Of a stretch of DNA of 64,000 bases, positions 13,860 through 26,780 are shown piece after piece; position 1 is the first letter of the stretch; every line of letters starts with the position of its first letter. Below the pieces are notes generated by a model, which did no database searches, was not told the DNA's origin, and saw only the letters and a list, made by a program, of their open reading frames with translations. The DNA comes from Camelus dromedarius. Its lineage: Eukaryota. The stretch spans positions 56,174,001-56,238,000 of the forward strand of contig NC_087437.1 of the NCBI RefSeq assembly GCF_036321535.1. Reading direction: 5' to 3'. A program made the translations under genes and the position numbers.

Positions 13860-14960
13860 TTAATTAAGAAGTTGTTAATTATCTGCTCTGGGACAGGCAC
13901 AGTTGTGGAAACCAGAGGTACAGCAGTAAACAAAACAGAAAAATTCTCTAGTTTCATGGAGCTTGCATTTTGTTAGGGAGATAAAAGATATGCACACAAA
14001 CAAATACATATATATATATATAGTAGACTTTATATTTATAGAAATATATAATATCCATGTTATATATTTAGATATATAAATAAATATATATATATATGTT
14101 GGTGATAAAAATTATGAATAAAAAGCTGGTAAGATGTTAGAGAGTGATGAAGGACTGGGTTATATTTTTAAGTTGGTCAGGAAGGGTTCTTCAACAAGGT
14201 GACATTTGAGTAAAAACTTGAGTGTAATGAGGAAATAAACCATGTGGATATCTGGGGGAGGAACTGTCTGCTCAGATGGTATGGTAAATCCAAATATCCT
14301 ATGTTGGGAATATGCTTTTTGTATGTGAGGAATAGCAAGGAGATCTTTGTGGTTGACAAAGAATGAGGCAGGGAGAGGAGATGATATCAGAGAGGTAACT
14401 GAAGGTCATATAATATATAGAGCCTTACAGGTAAGGGGTCAAGGTACAGGATTTGAGTTTTATTCCTAGTGAGATGTAAAAGCCTTGGATGGGTTTGAAC
14501 AGAAGAATGACATGATATGAATTGGGTTTTAGGATAATCATGCTGCTGTCTGAAAATCAGACCGTGTGTGAATGAGGATTGAAGCCTGGTGACCAATAAA
14601 AAGATCCAATGAAATATGACTAATCCAAATGAGAGGCTATGTGACTTGGAGTAAGGTGGTGAGAAGTGATTCGATTTGAGATAACTTTTGGACTATAGCT
14701 AACAGGCTCTGATAATGGATTGGATGTAGTGTGAGAGATAAAGAGTAAAAAGTCAAGGATATTGTCAAGGCTTTGGCCCAGAGCACTGATGAAACAGGGT
14801 TGCAGTCAAACTGAGCAGAGAGGGGACTTCTCAGGTTTTTGTTTTGTTTGCTTTGATATCAAGGGTTTATTTTTGCTCTTGTGTAGTCTGAGATTCTTAT
14901 TAAACGTCCCTTTAGAGATGTTAGGGGTATCAAGCTGTGTATCAAGCCTGGAGTATGTGA
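13860..14960 (-). mobile_element. L2 (L2a-like) 3' portion with internal (TA)n
   Basis: tacagcagtaaacaaaacag...catggagcttgcatt...ggtgacatttgag...tgacatgatatga, typical reverse-complement L2. Confidence 0.75.
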
Positions 14961-16834
14961 AATACATTGAGTCTGGAGTTTTATATTTGATATGGTTTTA
15001 GATGGGTTTTGGTTGAAAGGGAATTGATGGCAAATCATGAAGGAGAAACCAAAGGAAACTGCATCTTGCTTTGAGAGTTGTTTCCTGTGAAAGTTTTACC
15101 TCAGTCTGGGGGATTTTTCAGTGAGGGCAGTTTTTCAACTGAAAATACTACCCTGTAAGATACTTGAAGTTTCAAACCAAGTCTTATAAGCTTTACAAAG
15201 CTAAGTGCTGGCCTTATGACTGTGTCAGGATGGACGCTCAGTTCAATTTAAAGAAAAATAAAATTGATAGGATTAGGTAAGTGTTCAGAGCATACTATAT
15301 ACAGTTTGCTGTGCGTACTGCATTTATAATTTTGGCTGAATGAAAGGTTGATTGGCATCAAAGGACAATGTATTAATAGTTAAAGTGAAACATATGCTTT
15401 AAAATTTCAGTATAGATATAAATTAATTTAACATTTTTGATTTTTCTGAACAACGCATGCTTTTAACTTACTTTTTTTTTTTTAAATAAAAGAGAGTTCA
15501 AAAGCCATTAATAGCAAAAACAAGTTTCAACACACCTTGCTGAAATTGGGTGAATAGATAAACTCCTTCAAGAGTTAAATAATGCCATATTCATGCAAAT
15601 GATTTTTCAGTAAATATTACTTTTATCTTTTAATTAAAAAAATCTCTAACATCCACCTGAAGAAAGTTTTTTAATCTAATTTTGTCCCAACAACCAAGTA
15701 ATTGTTTCTTACAGATTCAGGCTTTACTCACATTGTTCCCACCATAATAAATAGTTTAATATAAACCATAAACCACATTGCTTATGAAAATTAGATTAAC
15801 TAGAGTTTTTGAAAATGTCTCTAAAACTGCAATAAAAAGTAATAAATATGAGAATTTAAAGATAAATTCTATCACAAAATTTCATGTTTTTTCTTCTCCA
15901 ATAACATTAAAATTTAATGTGGAGGCTGTTCTTTTCTAGATTAATTTTAATTTTCTTCTAATATGTATTAAAAACATGGGAATCCAGTAGAAGTGGTCGT
16001 CTCAGACCTTGAAAATTATAAAAATTAAGAGAACTCCTCTGCAAACTTTTACAGTGCTTTAGACAAGACACATCCGTGTTCATATGTCAGGAATAGAAGG
16101 TATCAGAACGCCTACTATGATGCTGCACACCAGAAACTGACACATTGTAACTGACTATACTTCAGGTTTTTAAAAATGCCTACTATGTTCCAGGTACTGA
16201 GCTAGACATTTTCTTGTAATTCTCTGACAGTCCCAAGACTGAACTCGTGGGGTCTGTCAGGGTCACAGCAGTGCACAGAAACAATGGTCGGGTTACATTC
16301 ACCGGGTTGCAGGGAATTAAAGGATTTATGACTTGCAATAAACTGTGGGGAAAAAGCATGAATGTTACAAGTTTTATGAGGAAAAACAAGTCTTTATAAA
16401 AGCGATTTTCTTTCTCTAGCAAACTTATAAACTTACGTTAGATTTAGAGGATTAATCCTGACATTTTCCTTAGAGGGATGTTTTTTTCTTGTTTCTGAGC
16501 TGGACTCCCCTACGGTGAGGTAGCAGTTTAAATTTTAAAAGATTAAATAACCCAGGAAGTTCATCTCAACCTACTTAATTTCCTAGGATTCCTGGCTTGA
16601 ATACTCGGCTGTTTTGTAAATGTACAACAACCACCTGAGACCACGGGAGGGTTTGAATGTATTTGCACAGCCAGCTAAGAAACAGAGTGAAAAAAGATCA
16701 GGATTTGGACTCAGAGATCCAAAATTAAGTCTTGGCTCCATCATTAATTTTGTGAGTTTGGTCAAAACTCTTCCTTTTTTTCCAGATCTCAATTGACCTG
16801 TTTGTATATGAGAAGATTGATGATTATACAAGTC

Positions 16835-17170
16835 CAGACTTTTTCAGAAGCAAATGTCAGAAATTCAGGTTGAAATGCATCAAGAAAACAAGAAATTTAT
16901 TGGTGCACATAACTGAAAAGTCCAGTTATAACTAACTCGAGGTATGGCTGGAACTAGGGGCTGGAATTATGTTGTCAGACTCCATTTCTCTCCATCTTGC
17001 AGCCCTGCTTTCCTCACAGAGTTGGCTTTATTTACTCATTTATATTTGGTTCTAGGCTTTTCTCTTTCCATCTAGCATCTTCTAGAAAAAGAAAGTTTTC
17101 TTTCCTAATAATAATTATAACAAAAAGAATGGAGTCTCTTGGATTCAACTTGTTCTACCTTGAACTAATC
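16835..17170 (-). mobile_element. MaLR LTR remnant (MLT1K/L-like)
   Basis: gaaatttattggtgcacataactgaaaagtccag...ggtatggctgga...ctgctttcctc matches MLT1 reverse-complement consensus. Confidence 0.55.
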
Positions 17171-17189
17171 ACTATTTATTATTCTAATT

Positions 17190-17800
17190 AATGCATCTAC
17201 TAATTATTATTTGAGCTCTACCATGGGGTAGGCATCGTGGTCCTATCTATCTGTGACACAGTAAGGAACAAACATAGAGAATACATAACTACATAAACCC
17301 CCTGCTTTCATAGAGTATTTATCCAGTGGGATGGTTAGGTAATACTCTAACACATGTCTAAATATATAATATTCTGACATTCTCGTTGCGTTATAAGGAA
17401 AAATAAAGCAGAACAAAGGAACAGGGTGATAGGGTGATCAGACAAGTCTTTTCTGATATGGTGATATTTGTGATTTTTCTGGGAGAAAAGTGATGCTGGA
17501 AGAAAAAACAATAAATTCAAGAAACTTACCTATTGTGTCACAGAAATAGCGAAGAGACCAGAGTGGTTGGAGCAAGATGATTTAGGAGGAAAGTGGTAAG
17601 GTATGAATGTAGGAAGGTAGTGCCAGGTTTTATTTTAAGTTAGCTGGAAATTTTGGAGGACTGTGAATTGTAGAGAGAAGGAGAATTACCTAACTTACGT
17701 CTTCAAAGGCTCCCTACTGTTACTATTTGGACAATAGACTACAGGACACAGAAATGGAAGCAGGGTATATCTCAGGTTAGCATTGCTGAATCGCAGGGAA
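17190..17800 (-). mobile_element. L2 fragment
   Basis: ttatttgagctctaccatggggtaggca...cctgctttcatagag...agaccagagtggttggagc resembles the L2 3' end. Confidence 0.65.
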
Positions 17801-19700
17801 GGGATCAACTTTACTAGACATTTTAAAATTGGCTCTCGATAGCGGTTTACCAATTTACACTTGTAAATGCAGGTGAGAACTTCTTTCTTCAAATCCAAGT
17901 CAACCCTTGGTATATTTAGATTTTAAGATTTTTACCAATCTGAAAAATATGAAATTAGTCATTTCTCCCTGATTATCAGCAGTCATTCAAGGTTCTTCTC
18001 ACAAAACTGACTTGTGTCTTATTTGATTTATTTTTATGGTTTTATTCCCCATAATTTCTGTTTTTAAGACTCCTGCATGTGGCCTTCTGGGCTATATACA
18101 CTGCACAGCTTCTAGGATGCATCATTCATGGAGATTATGATGAGAACGGTGCCCATCTGAGTTTCTGCAAAAAGGTGGTCCTGAAGCAAAGATTACATTT
18201 TACTCATCTCTCTATACCAATTCTGTTTGGGTCAGGATTTGGCACACAGTAAGCACTAAATAAATGTTGAATTGAATAGAGGATAGTTTTACTGAACATT
18301 TCAGCAAAATTGCTTTGTTTCCAGCATCTTAGAAAGAAGTAAAATATGTAGTAACATTGCTGCATCTAGATGTTGTTTTTATTGTATCTACATTTTCTAT
18401 TTTATCCTTTTGTTAAAAAAAAAAGGCACATTATCATAAATTGTGCTTGTCTATATTGATGTACTATGATAACCTGGCTTCTTAAGTCTGTAACAGGGGC
18501 TCTCAATGCTGAGTCTATATATCATTCTGGAAGACAGACACTGAAATAGGTTAATATATGAAATCAGAGAAAAAAACATTACCCAGCCAACTGTGTACTT
18601 GAAATAATCAAAATAAAGTCTTTCATTTCCTCAAAAGAATTGTGCCTAAGAACCATAATCCCTTATATTTGTTCAATATTTTCAGTTTACAAAGGGCATT
18701 CATGAGTTTCATGTCATTTGATGTCCACTAAAATCCTGTGGGTTAAGTTGGACACATATTATTACTGAGGCTAAGAGATATTACTAAGTTGGTCAAGGTG
18801 ATGTAGCTAATGAGGCAGGCAAACTCTGATTTCAGGGACAGTGATGTGCCCACCTGTGAAACCAAATGCTCCAGTTTCACTTGTTGCTGGATGTGACTGT
18901 AGAAACACCATTTTATTCAATGAGACATTAAAATGGAAGTCTGCTGAGAATTTCCTTGTTTTATAACATATTTCTTTATTGTCTTCTCTAATACACTATT
19001 TGATACAAAACAAGGAATATTATGTAATGTATGTAAGTTTTAAAGAATAACAATTGTGTAATGAATGTCCTTACTCACTACCTAACCCAAGGACTAGAAC
19101 ATAACCGACATCAATATGCCTGTAAGTTCTCCATCCATCCCAGCACTGTCTTCTTCCAGAAGAAATATTATAGTGAATTTTATATTTATCATTCCTATGT
19201 TTTCCTTTTTCCACTGAATAAGGCAATAAGGGTGAAGACTGAGTAGTATTGTTGAGGCCATAAAGTAGCCATGAGAATGGAGCCACACATTGAGGATGAT
19301 AGAGTAAGAAGATGGGATATACCTGGTTATTGATGATGTTACAGATTCTTCATGCCATCCCTGGTTTACCTACCTCTGCATGACTTGTTATATGAGACAA
19401 ACCTCTATTTGGTTAATTCTCTGTACTTTCATGTGGCATGCAGGATGTGCACTATTTACATCCCTCTTTTAACAGAGTCTGCCATGTTGGGAACAGTTTG
19501 CCGACAGCTTTTAGCTGCAGTGCTATTAGGATCTGCTGCAGCCTTCTGGTTGAAACCACACTCTTGCTGGACAGCTCTCAGATAATGATTAAGCACAGAA
19601 GGGGTACAAGAGTCTGGCCATTTCTGCCCAGTGAAGTCTTCTTTAATGGACATCCTTTAAACCAGGGCTCCCTTCCTCTCTCCTTTCACAGTTGTCAGAC

Positions 19701-19885
19701 CAGATTGTGTTGACAAACTATGGCCAATGAGCCAAATCTGGACCACAGCTTCTGTTTGGATGTCCCATAAACATAGAATTTTTCTAACAAAAAGTGAAGA
19801 AGAATATGTGACAGAAACTATATGCATCCCATAAAGCCTAAAATATTTGCCATCTGGCCCTTCACAGAAAGTTTGCCAGTCCCTG
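19701..19885 (+). mobile_element. MER58-like hAT-Charlie MITE
   Basis: Degenerate TIRs (ttgacaaacta ... aagtttgccagtccctg) and internal aaagcctaaaatatttgccatctggcccttcacagaaa. Confidence 0.8.
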
Positions 19886-20244
19886 GTAAAGCCTTTCTTG
19901 TCCACTCCTGCTTTCTTTCCCCTTTCTCTTCCACAAGCATTAACATTCTATCTCTTGCAATTCTGTCTTGACATCTTGCTTCCAAGAATACGGAACCTGG
20001 CACATTTGGTCTTGACTACTACATTAAATTACTAAAATGTAATCATTAAAAGATACACTTAGTGAAGGGCAGAATCAGGACCAAAATCTAGGGCAGGCCT
20101 AAGACTAATACACCTCACTTCTTTGGGGATACTCTTGAGAATACTGGAATAAAAAGTTCAGAAGATAATAAAAGATTCAATAATGGGCAAAATAGATTTA
20201 ATTTCTACTTTTACTGACTTTTTAGTCTAGTGATAATAAACCTA

Positions 20245-21195
20245 ATTTTCTCTTCCAAATCTACTCTTCCACAGTTTTCCCTCCCTGGTTTCTGGCAGCT
20301 CCAGACTATTAATTGCTCAGGCAGGCCCAAAGTCTTGGAGTCATCTTTGACCCCTCTTTTAATCTGAAATCTCATTTCCAGTCAATCAGCAAAACTGGCG
20401 GGCTCTACTTTAGAATGAGATCCAGATTCTAAGCACTTCTTACTGCACATGCTATCACCAAGCCATCTCTGGCCAGGCTTATTGTGATAACTTTCCATCT
20501 GAACTCACCGCTTTTTCTCCTTGCCCTCCTATAGTCTATTCTCAGCACAACAGGGAAAATTACATCTTAATTTAGCTCTTGTGGTTTCTCTTCTTAAAAC
20601 TGAACACTCTTTCACTTAAATGAAAGATGAAGTCCTTACAGTGGTCCACCATGTCCTGTACAGTTTAGGTGCCCCTTCCCATCATGCCTTCCTCTCCTAC
20701 CACTCTTTTCCTAGCTTAAAGCGTTCCAGCTACAATGGCCTTCTTACTCTTTCTTGAACATTTTTTATGTTTATACATTTCATACCCTGTAGAGCATTTA
20801 GACCTGCTTTTTCTGGAATGTTCTTTCCTCTAGATAACCACTTGATTTTCTGCTTCATCTCCTTTAGGCTGTTTCTTAAACATCATCTTCTCATTGAGGA
20901 CTTCCAAGACCTCATTATTTTTAATTGCTACCCTCCCTGAACCCTCTCAGTCCTTGCCTACTTTAGTTTTTATCTATATGGCTTACCACTATTTAATATA
21001 CAATATATTTAGCATATATATTTTATTGCCTATATTTCCCATCTAGAATATAAATTCCTGGAGTGGAAAGTGCTTTGACTATTTTATTCATGGTTGCTGT
21101 GTTGCACAAATCCAGGGGCACCATTTCCTTTGTGGTAGAAAATATTTAACAAATATTAACTTCTTAAAAATATTATCTGAATGAATGAATGACTG
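20245..21195 (+). mobile_element. L2 (L2a-like) 3' portion
   Basis: ttgctcaggc...cttggagtcatctttgac...ctagaatataaattcctg..., ending in tgaatgaatgaatga. Confidence 0.75.
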
Positions 21196-21541
21196 TTTAT
21201 GAAGTCTGCATGGTAGCAGTATATTACTATATACATGAATAGAAAACAGGACAGAAATCAAAATTATTTTTACTATGTGATTAAAAAGTAAAAAATAACA
21301 ACAAACTCCAAAGCTTATCTTTAGGAAAGAAGAAAGACTGAAGACGATCACATCAGATTGTTAATAGTTTTGCTTTTGAGTAATATGGTTATTATAGTCT
21401 TTAAAATAATTATCTCTACTCTACTTTTCTACTTTAATGATTAATAAGTTTTGATTTTATTATCAGAAAAATAAATATTATGGTAAAAATAATCATCAAA
21501 AATAAAGTCTTTTGTCTTTACTGTATTAGAGCTCACTTCTC

Positions 21542-21904
21542 TTTTTTTTTAAATTTTTATTGAAGTATAAATGTGTCAATTTCTGGCATACAGCATAATG
21601 TTTCATTCATATACATACATACATATATTTGTTTTCATATTCTTTTTCATTATAGGTGACTACAAGATATTGAATATAGTACCCTGGGCTATAGAGAAGA
21701 AATTTGTTTTTTATCTGTTTTTATATATAGTAGTTAATATTTGTAAATCTTGAACTCTCAGTTTTTCCCTTCCCACTCTCTTCCCCCCACCAGTAACCAT
21801 AAGATTGTTTACTATGCCTGTGAGTCTGTTCCTGTTTTGTAGGTGAGTTCATTAGTGTCCTCTTTTTTCTTTCTTTTTTTTTTTTTTAGATTCCACATAT
21901 GAGT
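21542..21904 (-). mobile_element. 5'-truncated L1 3' end (camelid-type)
   Basis: Poly(T) followed by ttttattgaagtata...tacaagatattgaatatagtaccctgggctatag...tagattccacatatgag. Confidence 0.8.
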
Positions 21905-22596
21905 TCAGTAAACATTAATTACATAAATTCATATCTCCTGTCTAATTGCTGATATTGGCCATGTGGGGAAAAACGTGTCAATGGAAGATGAGTATACAAA
22001 ATGCCATGAGGTCTGCAGTGTTTCAGAGCCTTGAGAACGTTTCTCACTGTGTTTTTAAACTCAACAAGCTGTCCCCACATAACCCTAGAACCTGCAGTGA
22101 CTTTTGCCAGTTTCCATGGTACCAGCTATTTGTAGAGATTTTAGGGCAGGCTGGAGGTACACGAGGTATGTCTGGGGTGGTGGAGGAGGAGGCTGTGGAA
22201 ATCTAATACCCAAGCCACACACAAAGAGAAGGGAAAAAAATCCGCTACCAGATTTTACTAGAATTAACAATAGGCTTTAAAATGTGGGAAAATGGGAATG
22301 GTACAAAGATTTCCTTGGACCAGGGCACAGGTCCACATAGAAAGTACTAAATGATGGGGGTGAGAAATGACATGGCTTTTAGGACAATGGCATCTGATAA
22401 GGATGAGCTTACATAGAGGTGAATGTCTACTTGGTATGATTGACAATCCAGGTTTTCCTTTGAAGAGTTTTCGTCAGAAGCACTGAGGAATTTTATTTTC
22501 TCTCAAACTTCATGAGCCTGGAACCCACCCCAGAGATTTAAATTCAGTAGAAAGAATGGGGATTCTGATGCATCTGCTTAATTTAAGGGGAATTCA

Positions 22597-22710
22597 GGGG
22601 GAGGGTGTAGCTCAGGAGTAGAGTGCTTGCTTAGCATGCACGAGGTCCTGGGTTCAATCCCCACTCCCTCAGTTTAAAAAAAAAAGTCTAAAACAAATAA
22701 AACAAACAAC
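22597..22710 (+). mobile_element. tRNA-Ala-derived SINE (camelid Vic-1-like) with 17-bp target-site duplication
   Basis: GGGGGAGGGTGTAGCTCAG...CTTAGCATGCACGAGGTCCTGGGTTCAATCCCC followed by an A-rich tail. TSD aatttaaggggaattca (22580-22596) / aatttaaggggagttca (22711-22727). Confidence 0.88.
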
Positions 22711-23326
22711 AATTTAAGGGGAGTTCAGATCAAACTGCCTGACAATAATCTTAGTCTCTCACCCTTAGTGCTAATGTCTGAGACTCCACATAGAGCAGCA
22801 ATCCTTTGCTTGCTTAGGGAGAGGTTTCAATTAAGGCTTTATCAATTGTTGACATTTTCAGATAATGAGTGGACGAGTTTCATCACTTGCCAACCTAAAA
22901 CTTAGTTTTAATAATAATCATTACAAAAACAATAATGGATTTCTAGCTATCTTCCTCTCTTCCAACCTGTGAGGAACACAACCACCTTAAGTTTTCACAG
23001 TACTTTACAGTTGGCTGTTTTTTCACTTAATTATTTACCATAGCATGTCCCCTTTCTATGGGTGAGGAAAATTAAGTAACTTCTCCTGAAATTCTCTTCT
23101 ATCACCACCCTTGATGAAGAAGAAGCACAGTGTGAGAGAAATAGGGCATCCCGGTGGGTGGAGTCACTCAAATAGCTGACAGATGGCCCAGAGGCACCAC
23201 AGCTCTTTCCCAGGGACGCACAGTGAGTCAGATGCTGTCCCAAGCCAACTTCTTTTCCAATCATGGCAATCGTTAAATAAATAATTTTAAAAAACCAAGG
23301 ATTTATTTTATATTTTAAAAAAACAA

Positions 23327-23332
23327 TTTATT
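23327..23332 (-). terminator. Distal polyadenylation signal AATAAA of CLDN1
   Basis: Plus-strand tttatt at 23327-23332, with U-rich sequence downstream and a second AATAAA at 23302-23307. Confidence 0.85.
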
Positions 23333-24164
23333 GAAAAAAGAGTAATGCTTTATACAAATTCCCATTACAAAACCCCCAAGTATCTATTTGTCTGTTTCCA
23401 GGTATGTAGCAGAGTACAAAAATATCAAAATTAGATAAATTCTGGTGTAATAATCCTGTTGGCCACTTTGGACTATAGATTTCTTTTTAGAGTTTAGCAA
23501 CTAGTAACCCCATGTATTTATATCTACCCATCATTAGGCTCTATGAATGTAGCAGAGGTTCTTTGAACTATACATTCTAGGAGCACAGACTTTTGGAAGA
23601 TACACTGAAATTTATGAGGTTCAGATTCTATGATGCAGTCCTTTGGATAATTTCCCCATGTGGTTTCACTATGAATTACATTCCCCAACTCCCTTTTCTA
23701 GCAGTGCTAGCTGCCAGCTGATAGCAACACCTCCAGTGACATCACTTGAGAGATATCCACCTTGTTTACCCTTGTAAGTCATTATAATTCAAAAAAATCT
23801 TCCATTCTTCAGTTTGCCAACACTGACACTTCTGTTTTATCCATCACATCTGCAAAATTGTCCTAGGTCAAGTCTGCATTCCTAATAGGAGAAAAGCTTA
23901 CCCACAAAAAGCATCAGGCCATTCTGACTGAAGAAAACTAACACTTTCTTAGAATCCTTTTCACTTAAAAGCTGAATTCCACTTTAGTGTCTCATCACTG
24001 GAAAGGATGGTTAAGGCAAGAAATCCATGTCTTAAAATTTCTCTCTTTTCAGTCATTTGAAAAGTAATCCCAAACCCATGCACTTGAATTCCTTAATTCT
24101 TTCCCCTAGTCCAATACCTCTCATCTTACAAAACCACATTCACATACATCCCATCTCCTGGGAT

Positions 24165-24338
24165 CCCCACAACAGCCCTGTGAGGTAGGCAGGTCAGGAA
24201 TACAATCCTCTTTTTATAAATGAAGCAATAAATCTAGGGCAACCAAGTGCCTTGCCCAAACTCACAGAGTAATTGATAGCACCAAGACTTAAATTAGGTC
24301 TCCAGACACTGAAGTCAACACCCTTTCCATTACATCAT
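24165..24338 (-). mobile_element. MIR SINE within the CLDN1 3'UTR
   Basis: cacaacagccctgtgaggtaggc...ttttataaatgaagcaat...ccttgcccaaactcacag is the reverse complement of the MIR core. Confidence 0.75.
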
Positions 24339-25781
24339 CTTGTTCAAGTGAAGGAGCATTTTCCACAGACCAGAAAACTAAGAGCAATTGTTAAAATGGG
24401 ACAGAGCACCAACAACATGGTGGCCACAGCTGAGAGGAAGGACATGGACCTGTGGAGAAAAGAAGGTGCTGAACAACGTGAAAGCTCGCGTGTAGGTCTG
24501 GTTCAATGACTTCTTAACAGCCAATTTAGCAAATACAAATAGTACTTAGGCATATTTCATGTTCAAAGAATGAGCATAATATCAGCTAATTAATACTTAC
24601 ACCACTTTACCAGCTGGTTAAGTATCATTATTTCAATTTGACAGATGGGAAAAGAGGAGAAAGAGTAAATGACTCCCTTACAGAAACAGAGGGAATATCT
24701 GTCATCAGATTGTCACTGCAGATAGTCCAACACTCCATGCAGACAAGCAGGCTACCCGTCTCTGAGAAGAGGTAAAGTGTATGAGAAAGCAGTACAGTTG
24801 AGGAAGGAGGGGAAGAAAAAGGTAGTTTGGGAGGATATACAACTGGGAAAAAGTAGGCTCAAAAAAATTCAATCAATGAAATGGTGTTACAACACCTGGG
24901 AAAGCAGCACACAGCTCCTCAATGAGACAAATATTTTCAAAGCAAACAGGCATGTTCTAGGTCAGAGTACAGGGAGCGTGTGGGAAGGTCAACAGGAATA
25001 TACCGTCTAGTCGCACAGAATGATTTGCTCCCAATGCTCTGATTTGTAAGAGATTCTTATAGACTTTAAGAATTAAATTATAGGCATATAAAATGTGTTG
25101 TCAGATTCAAGAGTTAAGCCCAACCTCACAAAAAATAAAGGCATGAAGAATGACCAATGACAAAGCAAATACTATAAGATCATAGTAAAAAAGGATATGT
25201 AAGTATATGAAAAGGGCACATATGAAGAATTGAAATAATTCATACTTGGTAAAGTAGGTCAGGTCTTCTGTGAAAGACACTAAAAGCTGGTGAAGGACGG
25301 TAAATGATATTTGACTTATTATCTATGTGTACATAAACAAAGAAGAGGAAAATATCATATAAACTACCTATTTAATCAATATAGAATTAAATATATTTTT
25401 ATTTTTTAGATATATTTTAAGTATGCTGGTACCCACATAAGGAAAATAAGATTTTTCACCATCTAATTTTTTTATAGAAAAACATGTATATGTACATATC
25501 TATATATATTTAAGGAGCGCCCTCCTCCCACAACTGAGATGATTACTCAATGGGAAGCAGTGATACAAATGGAAAAGGCTTCCCTCCTGTATTGAGGAAA
25601 GGAGCTAAAATAAGAATAAGCCATTTTTAGTAATGGGTATTAAAAAAAAAATACGGTTTTTTAGTAACACCACAGTTCAGACTACAAGAGCCAAAAGTCT
25701 AAGCTCTTAATGTCAGTGACAATATTTCCATGTCCATTTCCTGTTTTTTCCCCCACAGAGTTGTCTCCGCTTGCTTCTGTG

Positions 25782-25944
25782 TCACACATAGTCTTTCCCA
25801 CTGGAAGGCGCAGGTTTCGGGTAGGGCCGTGGCGTTGGGTAAGATGTTGTTTTCCGGGGACACGAGCAGCAAAGCAGGGCGCCTCCCAGGAGGGTGAGAG
25901 AAGCAGCAGCCCAGCCAGTGAAGAGAGCATGTCCAAATTCATAC
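25782..25944 (-). CDS. CLDN1: Claudin-1 coding exon 4 (aa 158-211; TM4 and C-terminal tail with PDZ-binding YV)
   Basis: Acceptor CTTTTCTTTCTAG|, 163 nt to TGA (25784-25782). Encodes [53 protein letters not shown]. Total CDS 636 nt. Confidence 0.98.
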
Positions 25945-26569
25945 CTAGAAAGAAAAGATCATGCACACCTGTTTAATCAATGAATCACTGGAAGTGTTTC
26001 TAACATAATTAAGGAAAGAAATCAGTATCATACTTACTACATTTTCCCACTGCAAATAACTCCTCATTATCTCTTTAAGTTTTATGAAGTACTTTAAGGT
26101 TTTTGAACACACACACACACTTAAGAATGTTGACAATGTCGTCGTTGACAATTTGCAATAGTAGATCAGGCAACACGGCATGCAATAGCAGGTTAATTTC
26201 ACAACTATTACACAACTAAAATGAAAGACTCTCCCACGTGTAGGAGACTTGTAAAGCATGTTCACATGTTTCAGAAGTCAGGCTTGGTCCTCGGATCCTA
26301 GGCTGACACTTAACAAGGCGTGCTATCACCAAGCAGCAGCCGTACTTTTTAAAGAAACTGCTACAGTGTGGTGGAGACTGTTAACGTTTGGGGTAGTTAA
26401 TCCCAGGTACCTATAAACACTGAAATCTGAAATTTGTGGTTTTGTGCAGAAGACTTCTCAGCAGCCCACAGATTGTTCTAGATTAAGTTGACCCAGGCGG
26501 ATGTATGAAGCCATACTTCTGGGGAGAAGACCTGCGATTGATGGTGGACAATAAGAAAAGAGAAGGGCT

Positions 26570-26780
26570 GGATCTGGAGTGAAAAGGCCTGGGTTTGAAT
26601 CTTAAAGCAAATTCTCAAGTGCTGCAACAGTGGGCTGGGAACTCCACCTCTCAGCCTCAGTTACTGCTTCTCATAAAGCAGGATGATCCCATCCGTGTCA
26701 CGGAACTGCTTTGGGGATCATGTGAGACAATGCAAACAAGTGTACAGCGCCTAGCAATTTGTACTGTGCTTTCATATCCA
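26570..26780 (+). mobile_element. MIR SINE in intron 3
   Basis: tctggagtgaaaaggcctgggtttgaatc...cctctcagcctcagttact...tcacggaactgctttgggg. Confidence 0.65.

Larger units (their letters stand above)
23305..25781 (-). other. CLDN1: CLDN1 3'UTR (~2.5 kb)
   Basis: AU-rich sequence after the stop. It ends in GAATTTGTATAAAGCATTACTCTTTTTTCAATAAATTGTTTTT, matching the recalled human CLDN1 mRNA 3' end. Confidence 0.85.

Noticed and set aside
13860..21195. Inverted L2 copies that might form dsRNA
   Set aside because: They lie outside the transcript and are too diverged for stable pairing.
22597..22672. Possible tRNA-Ala(AGC) gene
   Set aside because: Acceptor stem is disrupted, and an A-rich tail plus 17-bp TSD indicate a retroposed SINE.
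25682..25976. 94-aa and 88-aa ORFs overlapping exon 4
   Set aside because: Alternative-frame and antisense shadows of the CLDN1 exon; the true frame is fixed by splice phase.
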